A stretch of DNA of 32,000 nucleotides from Candidatus Magnetaquiglobus chichijimensis (GCF_045865675.1 NZ_BAAFGK010000004.1:2167471-2199470), one strand, 5' to 3'. Numbered from the stretch's first letter, positions 1 through 8,841 are shown. Numbers and translations are program-made. Notes: a model not told the origin generated them from the sequence alone.

Positions 1-57
1 AATTCCGGACGCCCTGCGTCCCTATATGGGCGGTCAGGCCCGGATCGAGATACGCGG

Positions 58-180
58 TTGACCACCGCGCCAGATTGACCAAGGAACAACCCGAGCGGAC
101 TGACCAGGAAACACCTCGCGTCGGGTTGACCAGGAAACACCTCGCGTCGGGTTGACCAGGGAATGCGATTGACCCGCACG
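58..180. repeat. Imperfect direct-repeat block with TGACC cores, including a perfect 26-bp tandem duplication
   Basis: TGACC starts at 59, 76, 101, 127, 153 and 170 (spacing 17/25/26/26/17). 101-126 and 127-152 are identical (tgaccaggaaacacctcgcgtcgggt). The block lies directly upstream of the tRNA. Confidence 0.7.
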
Positions 181-211
181 GCATCACGCAGATGGCGCGT
201 GCGGCAGGTAC

Positions 212-299
212 GGAAGGGTGGCAGAGCGGTTGAATGCAACGGTCTTGAAAATCGTCGATGGGTAACCATCCGTGGGTTCAAATCCCACCCCTTCCGCCA
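212..299 (+). tRNA. tRNA-Ser (anticodon UGA), class II with long variable arm, genomically encoded CCA
   Basis: Acceptor GGAAGGG pairs with CCCTTCC, followed by discriminator G and CCA. Anticodon stem ACGGT/ATCGT has loop CT-TGA-AA. Variable arm is GATGG-GTAA-CCATC. T arm is GTGGG-TTCAAAT-CCCAC. Confidence 0.93.
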
Positions 300-313
300 A
301 AATACATTTTTTA

Positions 314-415
314 GCGTCCAACAGAGTCCGGCGTCCAACAGAGTCCGGCGTCCAACAGAGTCCGGCGTCCAACAGAGTCCGGCGTCCAACAGAGTCCGGC
401 GTCCAACAGAGTCCG
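314..415. repeat. Perfect tandem repeat, 6 x 17 bp (gcgtccaacagagtccg)
   Basis: Six identical head-to-tail 17-mers read directly from the sequence. They sit between the tRNA 3' end and the terminator hairpin. Confidence 0.97.
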
Positions 416-419
416 AATG

Positions 420-449
420 AAGCCACCGTAACAGGTGGCTTTTTTTATG
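420..449 (+). terminator. Rho-independent terminator (likely ends the tRNA-Ser transcript)
   Basis: Stem aagccacc (420-427), loop gtaaca, stem ggtggctt (434-441), followed by tttttatgttttttt. Confidence 0.75.
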
Positions 450-496
450 TTTTTTTCCAAAATCGTCCAAAATCGTCTCTTGAGTCGTCCAACGGA

Positions 497-999
497 TGTC
501 AAGCGACACGAAGAATTGACCCCCTGACGACATGAAAAACTGACCCCCCTCCTGGTTACGCTGGTTGATGGTTGCTCGCCAATATTCCGGTTTTCAAAAG
601 ACCGGAACGCCGTTTTTCCCGTAGTCTGTAGCTCTCGCCACGGATCGTCACCACATGGCTGTTGCAGCAGGCAATCCAGGATGGCTGTCGCCACAACGGG
701 ATCGCCGAACACTTCCCCCCACTCGCCCACACCGCGATGGCTGGTCACCAGCATGCTGCCTCGCTCGTAGCGTCTTGAAACCAATTGGAAAAACAAATGA
801 GCTGCATTGGCTTCCAAAGGCAGATAGCCCAGTTCATCCACGATCAGCAGTTTCGGTTTGGCAACATTGGGTTTCCTCCTTGGTTCGTGTTTCCAAGGAT
901 TGAAACCGAATCTTTCGTTAATGTCATCTCTCCTCCTTCCCAGGGGAGAGAGGCAATTCTTCGTGTCGCCAGGGAGTCAGTTTCTCATGTCGCCTGACA
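497..999 (-). mobile_element. IS21-family remnant (internally deleted, about 0.5 kb) retaining both terminal inverted repeats
   Basis: The left end at 497 reads TGTCAAGCGACACGAAGAATTGACCCCCTGACGACATGAAAAACTGACCCC. The right end, read inward from 999, is TGTCAGGCGACATGAGAAACTGACTCCCTGGCGACACGAAGAATTGCC. Both start TGTCA and each carries two about 20-bp subterminal repeats, as in IS21-type termini. The interior holds only an istB tail. No flanking target-site duplication is visible. Confidence 0.7.
556..865 (-). pseudogene. istB: istB (IS21 helper ATPase) C-terminal fragment, frameshifted
   Basis: The minus-strand translation reads KPKLLIVDELGYLPLEANAAHLFFQLVSRRYERGSMLVTSHRGVGEWGEVFGDPVVATAILDCLLQQ. 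After a frameshift near 640 it continues HVVTIRGESYRLREKRRSGLL and stops at 558-556. This matches the conserved IstB C-terminus (LLIxDExGYLP ... RYE ... GESYRL). The N-terminal two thirds are absent. Confidence 0.75.
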
Positions 1000-1082
1000 G
1001 CTTTGCGGCGTCCTTTCGGGATAAAAACCACATGGTATTTGCACTCCCGCCGGGAGTAGTTTAGGATCTCTGCCTGGTCCAT
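1000..1082 (-). pseudogene. tnpA: IS200/IS605-type tnpA (Y1 transposase) N-terminal stub, cut off by the IS21 end
   Basis: AAGGAG RBS then ATG at 1082. The translation is MDQAEILNYSRRECKYHVVFIPKGRRKA. The CKYH(V/I)VFxPKxRRK motif is typical of IS200 TnpA N-termini. The reading frame runs straight into the IS21 terminus at 999. Confidence 0.5.
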
Positions 1083-1271
1083 CGGGATTCTCCTTTATCG
1101 TGTCCTTGGCGCTCACGGTTTTGGAGTGTCCTGGTGGACTCCCTGAAATGTCAAACTTTTACTGTCACCCCCGGCAAAGCCTTTGTTTACCCATTTTAAT
1201 TATCATCCGTAAAAATCTACTATTTTACGCTCAAGAATCGTCACCACCAAGTACTCTAAGGTCCAGTTGCC

Positions 1272-3563
1272 ATGGAATATTATGCTCATATCAATTCTGG
1301 TTCTCAAAAAAAAGAGTCTCTCTATCACGGTCCAGATAGTCATCTTGCTATAACCGCACGCTTGTCTGCCCGCTTTGCGCAAGAGATGATCCCCCCCCAA
1401 GCCGCAGAACTGATCAGACTGGCCGTGGACGGCGCGAACCTACTCGGCTGGTGGCACGATTTGGGAAAAGGGTCACGGAAATTTCAGGATTATCTTCTGT
1501 CTCATCTGGAAGATGCCCACGCCCTGGAGTGGAAAGGAAAGGTCGATCATTCCACGGCAGGCGCTCAACATGCAGCCAAAACCATTCCCGGATTCGGCAC
1601 ACTGCTCGCCTTTGCCATTGCCGGACATCACAACGGTTTGCCGAATTGGAACGGCACCGGCGAATCGGTCCTGAAACAGCGCCTGCAAAAAGCGGTCGAA
1701 CCCTGGGAAGAGGCGATCCCGACAAAGTTGCTGTTGGCACCCGGATTCCCCAGACTCATCTCGTTGCCACCAGACAAATTCGCTTGCGCCTTTTTCACCC
1801 GCATGCTCTTTTCCTGCCTCACGGATGGGGATTTTCTGGCCACCGAGGGGTTCATGAATCCGGATCAGTCCACCGCTCGGGAAAAGGGCTTTCCGGGAAT
1901 GGCCTCTCTGGCAGAGCATCTCGACGCCCACCTGAGCGCAAGATTTTCTGCTCCGCACACACCGGTGCAGCACCACCGTGCCGAAATTTTGCAGGCCTGT
2001 CTCCAGGCGACTGGCCTGGAACCCGGATTCTTTTCGCTCAATGTCCCCACCGGGGGTGGCAAGACCCTCTCCGCGCTCGCCTTCGCCTTGCATCATGCGG
2101 CTCGCCACGGATTGCGCCGGGTGATCTGCGCCATTCCTTTCACCAGCATCATCGAACAAAACGCCGAGGTCTATCGGGAGATTTTCAATCCTTTGGGGGA
2201 GGGTATCATCCTGGAACATCATGCCAATCTCGATCACGACGATCTAAAAGTGCTCAGCGCCCGTCTGGCCACGGAAAACTGGGATGCGCCGATCATCGTC
2301 ACCACCAATGTGCAACTCTTCGAGACCCTGTTTGCTCATCGTCCGAGTCGTTGCCGAAAACTGCACCGCATAGCCCGTTCGGTGATCGTTCTGGATGAGG
2401 CGCAGGCTCTGCCGGTCTCTCTGCTGAAACCGTGTCTGGCGGCACTCGAAGAGTTGGTGCAACGCTACGGCTGCACCGTGGTTTTATCCACGGCCACCCA
2501 ACCGGCGCTGGAGCAACGTGCCAATTTCCCTATCGGGCTGACCGGGGTGCGACCGATCATCCCCGATGCCCAACGCCTGCATGCCGCGCTCAAACGGGTA
2601 ACCGTGGAGATGACGGGAACGCTCACCCTGGAAGAACTCGCGCTCCAGTTGGCTGCCCTGGAACGGGTTCTGGTGATCGTCAACACCCGGCGTCATGCCC
2701 GTGAACTCTACGAGACCCTGGCCAGGCACACCGATGCGTCATCCTGTTTCCACTTGAGCGCTCTGATGACTCCGGCGCATCGCCTGACGGTCTTGTCCGA
2801 AATCCGTGACCGTTTGCACGATCCTTGGCAGAGCTGTCGCGTGGTGGCGACCCAACTGGTGGAAGCGGGCGTGGATGTGGATTTTCCCGTGGTCTACCGC
2901 GCCATGGCCGGACTCGATGCCCTGGCCCAGGCCGCCGGACGCTGCAATCGGGAGGGCACACTGCCCCAACCCGGCATCATCCGCCTGTTTACCCCCGCAG
3001 AACCCCAATTTCTGCCCAAAAACGCCCTGGGACAGGCCGCCACGACAGCCCGGGAGGTGCTCGCCCTGCCCGAGCACCGCGCGGAGGGCCTCTCCCTTGC
3101 TGCCATCGACCACTATTTCCGTCTGCACTATTGGCAGCATGGCGCGGAGACCGGACAGGGTTGGGATGTGGAGGGTGTGATGGCATGTTTCGAGTTCGGT
3201 AATCGAAAGGAGCCGTTTTTGTTCCAGTTCCGGGAGGCTGCCGAAAAATTCCGCCTGATCGAAGAGAGCCAGGAAGCGGTGATCATCCCCTGGAAGGATG
3301 CCAAGGCACAAGCGGTGATCGACGCCCTGCGTGCCATGCACCATCCGCACCCCGGTTTTCTCGCGCACGCTTCCAGAGTTCTGCAACGCCATGTCGTGAC
3401 CATCTATCCGCGCGAGTTGGAATGGCTCTCCCGCTCCAACGCCATCGAAATCCTGCACGAACGCTTTCGTGTTCTGTTGAATCCAGAAGAGCACTACTCA
3501 CCCAAAACCGGCCTGACCGTGAACCGGGAAGGCTGGTGTGATCCAGCCAAACTGATCCTCTGA
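1272..3563 (+). CDS. cas3: Cas3 HD-nuclease/helicase (type I-C)
   Basis: 763 aa. HD motifs WWHDLGK and AGHHNGLP at the N-terminus, Walker A PTGGGKT, DEAQ box VLDEAQA. First gene of the canonical I-C order. Confidence 0.95.
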   Translation: MEYYAHINSGSQKKESLYHGPDSHLAITARLSARFAQEMIPPQAAELIRLAVDGANLLGWWHDLGKGSRKFQDYLLSHLEDAHALEWKGKVDHSTAGAQHAAKTIPGFGTLLAFAIAGHHNGLPNWNGTGESVLKQRLQKAVEPWEEAIPTKLLLAPGFPRLISLPPDKFACAFFTRMLFSCLTDGDFLATEGFMNPDQSTAREKGFPGMASLAEHLDAHLSARFSAPHTPVQHHRAEILQACLQATGLEPGFFSLNVPTGGGKTLSALAFALHHAARHGLRRVICAIPFTSIIEQNAEVYREIFNPLGEGIILEHHANLDHDDLKVLSARLATENWDAPIIVTTNVQLFETLFAHRPSRCRKLHRIARSVIVLDEAQALPVSLLKPCLAALEELVQRYGCTVVLSTATQPALEQRANFPIGLTGVRPIIPDAQRLHAALKRVTVEMTGTLTLEELALQLAALERVLVIVNTRRHARELYETLARHTDASSCFHLSALMTPAHRLTVLSEIRDRLHDPWQSCRVVATQLVEAGVDVDFPVVYRAMAGLDALAQAAGRCNREGTLPQPGIIRLFTPAEPQFLPKNALGQAATTAREVLALPEHRAEGLSLAAIDHYFRLHYWQHGAETGQGWDVEGVMACFEFGNRKEPFLFQFREAAEKFRLIEESQEAVIIPWKDAKAQAVIDALRAMHHPHPGFLAHASRVLQRHVVTIYPRELEWLSRSNAIEILHERFRVLLNPEEHYSPKTGLTVNREGWCDPAKLIL

Positions 3564-3594
3564 CCTTTTCAGATCCCAAGGAGAACAACATGCC

Positions 3595-4323
3595 ATGAGC
3601 CATGGAATCCGACTGCACGTATGGGGCGAATACGCCTGCTGGACCCGTCCGGAGATGAAAGCCGAGCGGGTCTCTTATGATGTCATGACCCCTTCGGGTG
3701 CGCGGGGCATCCTGGAGGCGATCTACTGGAAACCGCAAATGCGCTGGGTGATCGACCGCATCCGGGTATTGGCCCCGATCCGCTTTGCCAACATCCGCCG
3801 CAACGAGGTGGATCTGCCCAAGATTTCCGTCACCGCCAAGGCCATGCAGGGACTGGAATCCGGTCCATCCATCCATGCCGAGGAGAACAGGCAACAGCGT
3901 GCCACCCTGCTGTTGACCAACGTGGTCTACGGCATCGAGGCGCACATCGAGATTCTGGATGCCCAGGAGAAAAATGGTACCACCCTGAGCGAACCGGTGG
4001 CCAAACATCTCGACCAGTTCAACCGCCGGGTGCGGGATGGCGCCTGTTTTCACCGTCCCTATCTGGGATGCCGGGAGTTCCCGGCCTATTTCGCACCCGT
4101 CGATGCCGCAGGGTTCCCTCCCGTCCCGGATGAGCTTAAAGGGGAGCGCCAGCTTGGTTTCATGCTCGACGACCTGGAGCATGTCGGGCATCCCGGCAGC
4201 ACGCCGCGTCCGCACCGTTGCGACGCGCGTTGCCAGCCCCGGTTCTTCCGCGCCCGCATGCTGGATGGCATGGTGGATGTGGCCGCCTGTCGGAAAGAGA
4301 GACAGGAGGTGTTCGGATCATGA
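3595..4323 (+). CDS. cas5: Cas5c (Cas5d) pre-crRNA endoribonuclease/Cascade subunit
   Basis: 242 aa. The N-terminus MSHGIRLHVWGEYACWTRPEMKAERVSYDVMTPSGARGILEAIYWKP matches the Cas5d consensus. AAGGAGA lies upstream. Confidence 0.93.
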   Translation: MSHGIRLHVWGEYACWTRPEMKAERVSYDVMTPSGARGILEAIYWKPQMRWVIDRIRVLAPIRFANIRRNEVDLPKISVTAKAMQGLESGPSIHAEENRQQRATLLLTNVVYGIEAHIEILDAQEKNGTTLSEPVAKHLDQFNRRVRDGACFHRPYLGCREFPAYFAPVDAAGFPPVPDELKGERQLGFMLDDLEHVGHPGSTPRPHRCDARCQPRFFRARMLDGMVDVAACRKERQEVFGS

Positions 4324-6134
4324 TCCTGCAATCCCTTTATGCCCTTTATGATCGTCTGGCCTGCGATCCGGACTACGGCATCGCCGCACCTGGCTACAGC
4401 CCCCAGAATGTCTCGTTCTCCGTGGTCCTGACCCCCTCGGGGGAGCTGTTCCACTTCGCGGACGAACAGGTGGATCAGATCATCCCGGCCACCGGTGGCA
4501 AGAAAAAAACCGTCCGCAGACCCAAATCCCTGCGTCTGCCCGGACAATCCAAACCGACTGGACAAGGGATCAATCCCTGTTTTTTGTGGGACAACACCAA
4601 ATACATGCTGGGATTCGATCCCAAGGACAGCAAACCGGAACGAACGCTCCTGTCTTTTCAGGCCTTTCGTCAGAAACACCTGGAGTTGGAAAACCAAATC
4701 AACGAACCGGCCTTTTCCGCCGTGTGTCGCTTCCTGGAAACCTGGTCCCCGGAACAGGCGCCCGATCACCCCGTGCTGGTCGAACAGAGTGCCGGTTTCG
4801 GAGTTTTCCGAATCCAGGGGGAAGGTGGGTATGTCCATGAGCATCCCCGCATCCGTCAATGGTGGCAGAATCTGGGAGAACAAACCAACTCGACCTCTGG
4901 AAAACTGGGCCTGTGCCTGATCAGCGGAACCCTTGACCATCCGATTGCCAGGATCCATGAACCTAAAATCAAGGGGGTCCAGAATCGGAATGCACAATCC
5001 ACGGGCGCATTGATGGTGTCTTTCAATTGCGCTGCTTTTGAGTCGTATGGAAAAGAGCAGAGCTACAACGCTCCGGTCTCGGAGATGGCCACCTTCCGCT
5101 ACTGCACCGCCCTCAACACCCTTTTGAACGGGACAAAACGGGACAGGCACCGCATCCGGCTGGACAACGACACGGTGATTTTCTGGACCGAAAAACGAAC
5201 CGACGCGGAAGAGGGCATTGCCATGTTGTTTGCCGGAGGCCTGAACGAATCCACCGATTCCGTTCAGGAGAGTCAGGATCCGGCAACACTCGAACATGTA
5301 CGACTCTTCATGCAGGCCGTGCGGGAGGGGAGTCACTGTCTGCAAGAGGATCCAGAAACCCCGTTTTACATTCTGGGGCTCTCCCCGAATGCCGGAAGGA
5401 TCTCGGTGCGCTTCTGGCACGTCTCCACGCTGGACCATTTCGTGGATCGCCTGCACGACCATTTCGCGGCCATCGACATCGTGCGTCCGCCCAAGGGCAG
5501 GGAGTTCCCGCCGGTCTGGATGCTGCTCAAGGAGAGCACCCGCGATGGCAAGGATGTGGCCCCACTGCTGGAAGGGGCGCTGATGCGCGCCATTCTGAAT
5601 GGCACCCCCTATCCCGATGCCTTGGCGGCGGCAGTGATCCGCCGCATCCGCGCCGATCGGGACGACAGACAACACCCCAATCGACAAATCAATTATCTGC
5701 GTGCCGGTCTGCTCAAAGCCTGGCTCAACCGCTCACCCCGTTGGAAAGGAGAGATCACCGTGACTCTGGATACCACCCGCCCGGATCCGGCCTATCGCCT
5801 GGGTCGTCTGTTCGCTGCCTTGGAAAAGACCCAGGAAGAGGCCCTGCCCGGCATCAACGCCACCATCCGGGACCGTTTTTATGGCGCCGCCTCTGCGACG
5901 CCCGGCTCGGTCTTTCCGCGCCTGTTGCGCACCTATCAACACCATCTGAGTAAAATTTCCGTCGGTGCCAAGGTGAACCGGGAAAAAAGCGTTCAGGAGA
6001 TCATGAGCGCCGTGACCGATATTCCCGCCACGCTCTCCCTGGAAGAACAAGGACTCTTTGCCATCGGCTATTACCACCAGCGCCAGGATTTCTTCACGGC
6101 CAAAGGTGATACCAAAATCGATTCCAATCCATAA
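4320..6134 (+). CDS. cas8c: Cas8c (Csd1) large Cascade subunit
   Basis: Start chosen at ATG 4320 (MILQSLYALYDRL, the typical Csd1 N-terminus). GGAGG lies 8-9 nt upstream. There is an ATGA overlap with the cas5c stop. The ORF-track start at 4218 is an in-frame read-through of cas5c. Confidence 0.92.
   Translation: MILQSLYALYDRLACDPDYGIAAPGYSPQNVSFSVVLTPSGELFHFADEQVDQIIPATGGKKKTVRRPKSLRLPGQSKPTGQGINPCFLWDNTKYMLGFDPKDSKPERTLLSFQAFRQKHLELENQINEPAFSAVCRFLETWSPEQAPDHPVLVEQSAGFGVFRIQGEGGYVHEHPRIRQWWQNLGEQTNSTSGKLGLCLISGTLDHPIARIHEPKIKGVQNRNAQSTGALMVSFNCAAFESYGKEQSYNAPVSEMATFRYCTALNTLLNGTKRDRHRIRLDNDTVIFWTEKRTDAEEGIAMLFAGGLNESTDSVQESQDPATLEHVRLFMQAVREGSHCLQEDPETPFYILGLSPNAGRISVRFWHVSTLDHFVDRLHDHFAAIDIVRPPKGREFPPVWMLLKESTRDGKDVAPLLEGALMRAILNGTPYPDALAAAVIRRIRADRDDRQHPNRQINYLRAGLLKAWLNRSPRWKGEITVTLDTTRPDPAYRLGRLFAALEKTQEEALPGINATIRDRFYGAASATPGSVFPRLLRTYQHHLSKISVGAKVNREKSVQEIMSAVTDIPATLSLEEQGLFAIGYYHQRQDFFTAKGDTKIDSNP
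5760..6134 (+). CDS. cas11: Predicted Cas11c small subunit, translated from an internal in-frame start inside cas8c
   Basis: In-frame GTG at 5760 is preceded by AAGGAG (5746-5751) with an 8-nt spacer. It would give 124 aa (VTLDTTRPDPAYRLGRLFAALEKTQ...). Internal translation of Cas11 from the cas8 3' end is the known mechanism in type I-C. Confidence 0.55.
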   Translation: MTLDTTRPDPAYRLGRLFAALEKTQEEALPGINATIRDRFYGAASATPGSVFPRLLRTYQHHLSKISVGAKVNREKSVQEIMSAVTDIPATLSLEEQGLFAIGYYHQRQDFFTAKGDTKIDSNP

Positions 6135-6152
6135 TCCAGCCTGAAAGAAGGA

Positions 6153-7100
6153 ATGATTACCATGAACCATCGTTATGATTTCGTCTATCTGTTTGATGTC
6201 AAGGACGGCAATCCGAATGGCGACCCGGATGCCGGCAATCTGCCACGCATCGATGCCGAGACCAGTCATGGCTTGGTCACCGATGTCTGTCTCAAACGCA
6301 AGATCCGCAATTATGTGCAACTGCGTCATCTGGAGCAGCAGACGCACGATGTGGGAGTGACCGGCGCGGGATATGACATCTATGTTCGCGAGAAGGCAAT
6401 TTTGAATCAACAACATGACCGCGCCCATGCAGCGCTGGGGATCACCCAGGATGGCAAGGATGGCAAACGCAAGGGCAGCGGAGAGCAGGTGGATGCGGCA
6501 CGCAGATGGATGTGCCGCAATTTTTACGATGTGCGCGCCTTTGGAGCGGTCATGACCACGGGAACCAACTGCGGTCAAGTGCGTGGACCGATCCAATTCA
6601 CCTTTGGCCGCAGCAGCGATCCGGTCATCGCCGCCGAACACAGCATCACCCGCATGGCAGTCACCACCGAGGAAGAGGCCAAAAAACAGGATGGGGACAA
6701 CCGGACCATGGGACGGAAATTCACCATCCCCTATGGACTGTACCGTACCCACGGTTTCGTCAGCGCGCCCCTGGCGCAACAGACCGGATTTTCGGAGGAG
6801 GATCTGGAACTGCTCTGGCAATCCCTGGAGAACATGTTTGAACACGACCGCTCCGCCAGTCGAGGCGAGATGGTGGCGCGCGCGCTGTTGATCTTCCGCC
6901 ATGACAGCGCCCTGGGGGATGCTCCGGCCCATACCCTGTTCGAGCGGGTCGGCGTCAGGCTGCTCCAGCCCGGGAAACCGGCGCGCGCCTTCACGGATTA
7001 TGAGATCACCTTCGATGGCAAGCCGCTGGAAAGCGTCTTGGCTCCCGGCGGAACGATGGAACAGGTAGCTAAAGGGGTTGCCCTGATCCGGCGGGTGTAG
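6153..7100 (+). CDS. cas7: Cas7c (Csd2) Cascade backbone subunit
   Basis: 315 aa. [30 protein letters not shown] is the Csd2 signature. The true start may be the second ATG at 6162. Confidence 0.94.
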   Translation: MITMNHRYDFVYLFDVKDGNPNGDPDAGNLPRIDAETSHGLVTDVCLKRKIRNYVQLRHLEQQTHDVGVTGAGYDIYVREKAILNQQHDRAHAALGITQDGKDGKRKGSGEQVDAARRWMCRNFYDVRAFGAVMTTGTNCGQVRGPIQFTFGRSSDPVIAAEHSITRMAVTTEEEAKKQDGDNRTMGRKFTIPYGLYRTHGFVSAPLAQQTGFSEEDLELLWQSLENMFEHDRSASRGEMVARALLIFRHDSALGDAPAHTLFERVGVRLLQPGKPARAFTDYEITFDGKPLESVLAPGGTMEQVAKGVALIRRV

Positions 7101-7124
7101 TCTTTCAGCAGCGAGGCGGCACCG

Positions 7125-7793
7125 ATGAATCCAGAACGCCGTTATGCCCCTTTGTCGGCATTGCAACATTTTGTCTATTGCGAGCGGCAATGCGCCTTGA
7201 TCCACCTGGAGCAGGTCTGGATCAACAACCGTCTGACCGCCGAAGGCAACCTGCTGCATGAAAAGGTCCACGAAACCTCTGGAGAGAACAGACCGGGAAT
7301 CCGTCTGGTCCGAGGTCTGTCCGTGGTCTCCGAGACTCTGGGGGTGATCGGGCAGTGTGATCTGGTGGAGTTTCTGTCCTCGCGCAAACGGCATCCAAAT
7401 GCTGCGGAGAGATGGGATGCGGTGCGGCCCGTGGAATACAAACGCGGCCGCCCCAAATCCCATGCAGCCGATCTGGTGCAGTTGTGCGCCCAGGCGATCT
7501 GTCTGGAAGAGATGCTTGGCATTCCGATCACCGAGGGCGCCCTGTTTTATGGCGAACCCCGCCGACGTACCGAAGTGCCCTTCACCCTGGAGTTGCGCGA
7601 TACCACGATTCAGGCCGCGCAAGCCCTGCATGCGCTTCTGGAGCGTGGCGTAACGCCTGCCGCGCTCTATCGCGCCAGTCTGTGTCGTGGTTGTTCACTG
7701 CTGCAGATCTGCCTGCCACGTCGCCGTGAGACGCCTGCTCAGGTCGGCAACTGGTTCCGGGATACGCTGAACCAACTCCTGATGGAGCGTTGA
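7125..7793 (+). CDS. cas4: Cas4 RecB-like nuclease with C-terminal Fe-S cysteine cluster
   Basis: 222 aa. It has the LQHFVYCERQCALIHLE N-terminus, QLCAQAICLEEM, and C-terminal CRGCSLLQICLP cysteines. Confidence 0.92.
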   Translation: MNPERRYAPLSALQHFVYCERQCALIHLEQVWINNRLTAEGNLLHEKVHETSGENRPGIRLVRGLSVVSETLGVIGQCDLVEFLSSRKRHPNAAERWDAVRPVEYKRGRPKSHAADLVQLCAQAICLEEMLGIPITEGALFYGEPRRRTEVPFTLELRDTTIQAAQALHALLERGVTPAALYRASLCRGCSLLQICLPRRRETPAQVGNWFRDTLNQLLMER

Positions 7794-7796
7794 ACC

Positions 7797-8831
7797 ATGC
7801 AACAACATCTCAATACCCTGTTCGTGACCCTGGAAGGGGCTTGGTTGCGCAAGCAGGGGGAAACCGTGGAGGTGCGGGTGGAGGGCGAAACCCGCTTGAG
7901 GATCCCTCTGCACAATCTGGATGGCATCGTCTGTCTGGGCTGGGATATCGGAGCGTCCGCCCAGTTGATGGCCGCATGTGCCGAAGGTGGGGTGACGTTG
8001 TCTTTCTGCACGCCGCATGGCCATTTTCTGGCGGCAGCAACCGGGTTTGCTCCGGGCAATGTCTTGTTGCGGCGGGAGCAGTATCGTCGTGCAGACCTGG
8101 ACGCTCCCTCGTTGGAAATCGCAAAACACTGCGTGGCCGCCAAAATCGCCAACTGCCGCAGCGTATTGCAACGAACACGACGGGACCGACCCGATGGCGA
8201 TCATGTGGATGGTTTATCCAAGGCCGTGGACGAATTGGCCAGAGCCTTGCGCGGTGTCTCTCTGGCCAAGAGTGCGGATACCCTGCGTGGCGAAGAGGGC
8301 CATGCAGCCCACTGCTATTTCAATGCATTCGGACACATGCTGTCTGGAGGGGATCCCGCCATTCAATTCTCCGGACGCAACCGCCGTCCACCCCTGGATC
8401 CGGTCAATGCCCTGTTATCGTTTCTTTATGCCTTGTTGGCCCATGATTGCCGTTCCGCTCTCGAAGCCACCGGTCTGGATGCGGCGGTCGGTTTTTTTCA
8501 TCGGGATCGCCCCGGACGTCCCTCCTTGGCCTTGGATTTGATGGAAGAGTTCCGTCCGGTATTGGCCGATCGTCTGGCCTTGAGTCTGATCAACCGCAAA
8601 CAGGTGAATGCCGAGGATTTTGAGCAGCGCGAAAACGGCGCGGTTCTGCTCCGTGAAGAGTCCCGGAAAAAAGTCTTGGTGGCGTGGCAAGAACGCAAAA
8701 AGGAAACGTTGACACACCCATTCCTGAACGAAAAAACCACTTACGGACTATTGCCACACCTCCAGGCCAGACTGCTGGCGCGTCATTTGCGAGGCGATCT
8801 GGATGCCTATCCGGCCTTCTTGTGGCGTTGA
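7797..8831 (+). CDS. cas1: Cas1 integrase (type I-C)
   Basis: 344 aa. Starts MQQHLNTLFVTLEGAWLRK. Contains LDPVNALLSFLYALL, GFFHRDRPGRPSLALDLMEEFRP and other Cas1 conserved blocks. Confidence 0.95.
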   Translation: MQQHLNTLFVTLEGAWLRKQGETVEVRVEGETRLRIPLHNLDGIVCLGWDIGASAQLMAACAEGGVTLSFCTPHGHFLAAATGFAPGNVLLRREQYRRADLDAPSLEIAKHCVAAKIANCRSVLQRTRRDRPDGDHVDGLSKAVDELARALRGVSLAKSADTLRGEEGHAAHCYFNAFGHMLSGGDPAIQFSGRNRRPPLDPVNALLSFLYALLAHDCRSALEATGLDAAVGFFHRDRPGRPSLALDLMEEFRPVLADRLALSLINRKQVNAEDFEQRENGAVLLREESRKKVLVAWQERKKETLTHPFLNEKTTYGLLPHLQARLLARHLRGDLDAYPAFLWR

Positions 8832-8841
8832 GGATTAAACC

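Noticed and set aside
1-61. Possible 3' end of a CDS entering from the left edge (frame 2: IPDALRPYMGGQARIEIRG*).
   Set aside because: Only 19 codons are visible and no motif was recognised.
311-841. 176-aa minus-strand ORF treated as one gene.
   Set aside because: Only its first about 90 codons are IstB-like. The rest reads through a frameshift, the IS terminus, the tRNA terminator and the 17-bp tandem repeat.
1083-1271. A specific -35/-10 promoter for cas3 in the AT-rich patch at 1185-1250.
   Set aside because: Several weak hexamer combinations are possible and none is convincing. Transcription start mapping is needed.
4218-4319. N-terminal extension of cas8c from the ORF-track start at 4218.
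   Set aside because: The extension overlaps the cas5c 3' end. ATG 4320 has a GGAGG RBS, an ATGA stop-start overlap and gives the canonical MILQSLY... Csd1 N-terminus.
4086-7631. Long antisense ORFs, 4086..5687 (533 aa) and 5733..7631 (632 aa). Similar ones occur at 1473..2237, 2739..3494 and 3283..4215.
   Set aside because: They lie opposite well-supported cas genes in GC-rich DNA. The sequences are low-complexity and Arg/Gly/Ala/Gln-rich with no recognisable motifs. These are typical shadow ORFs.
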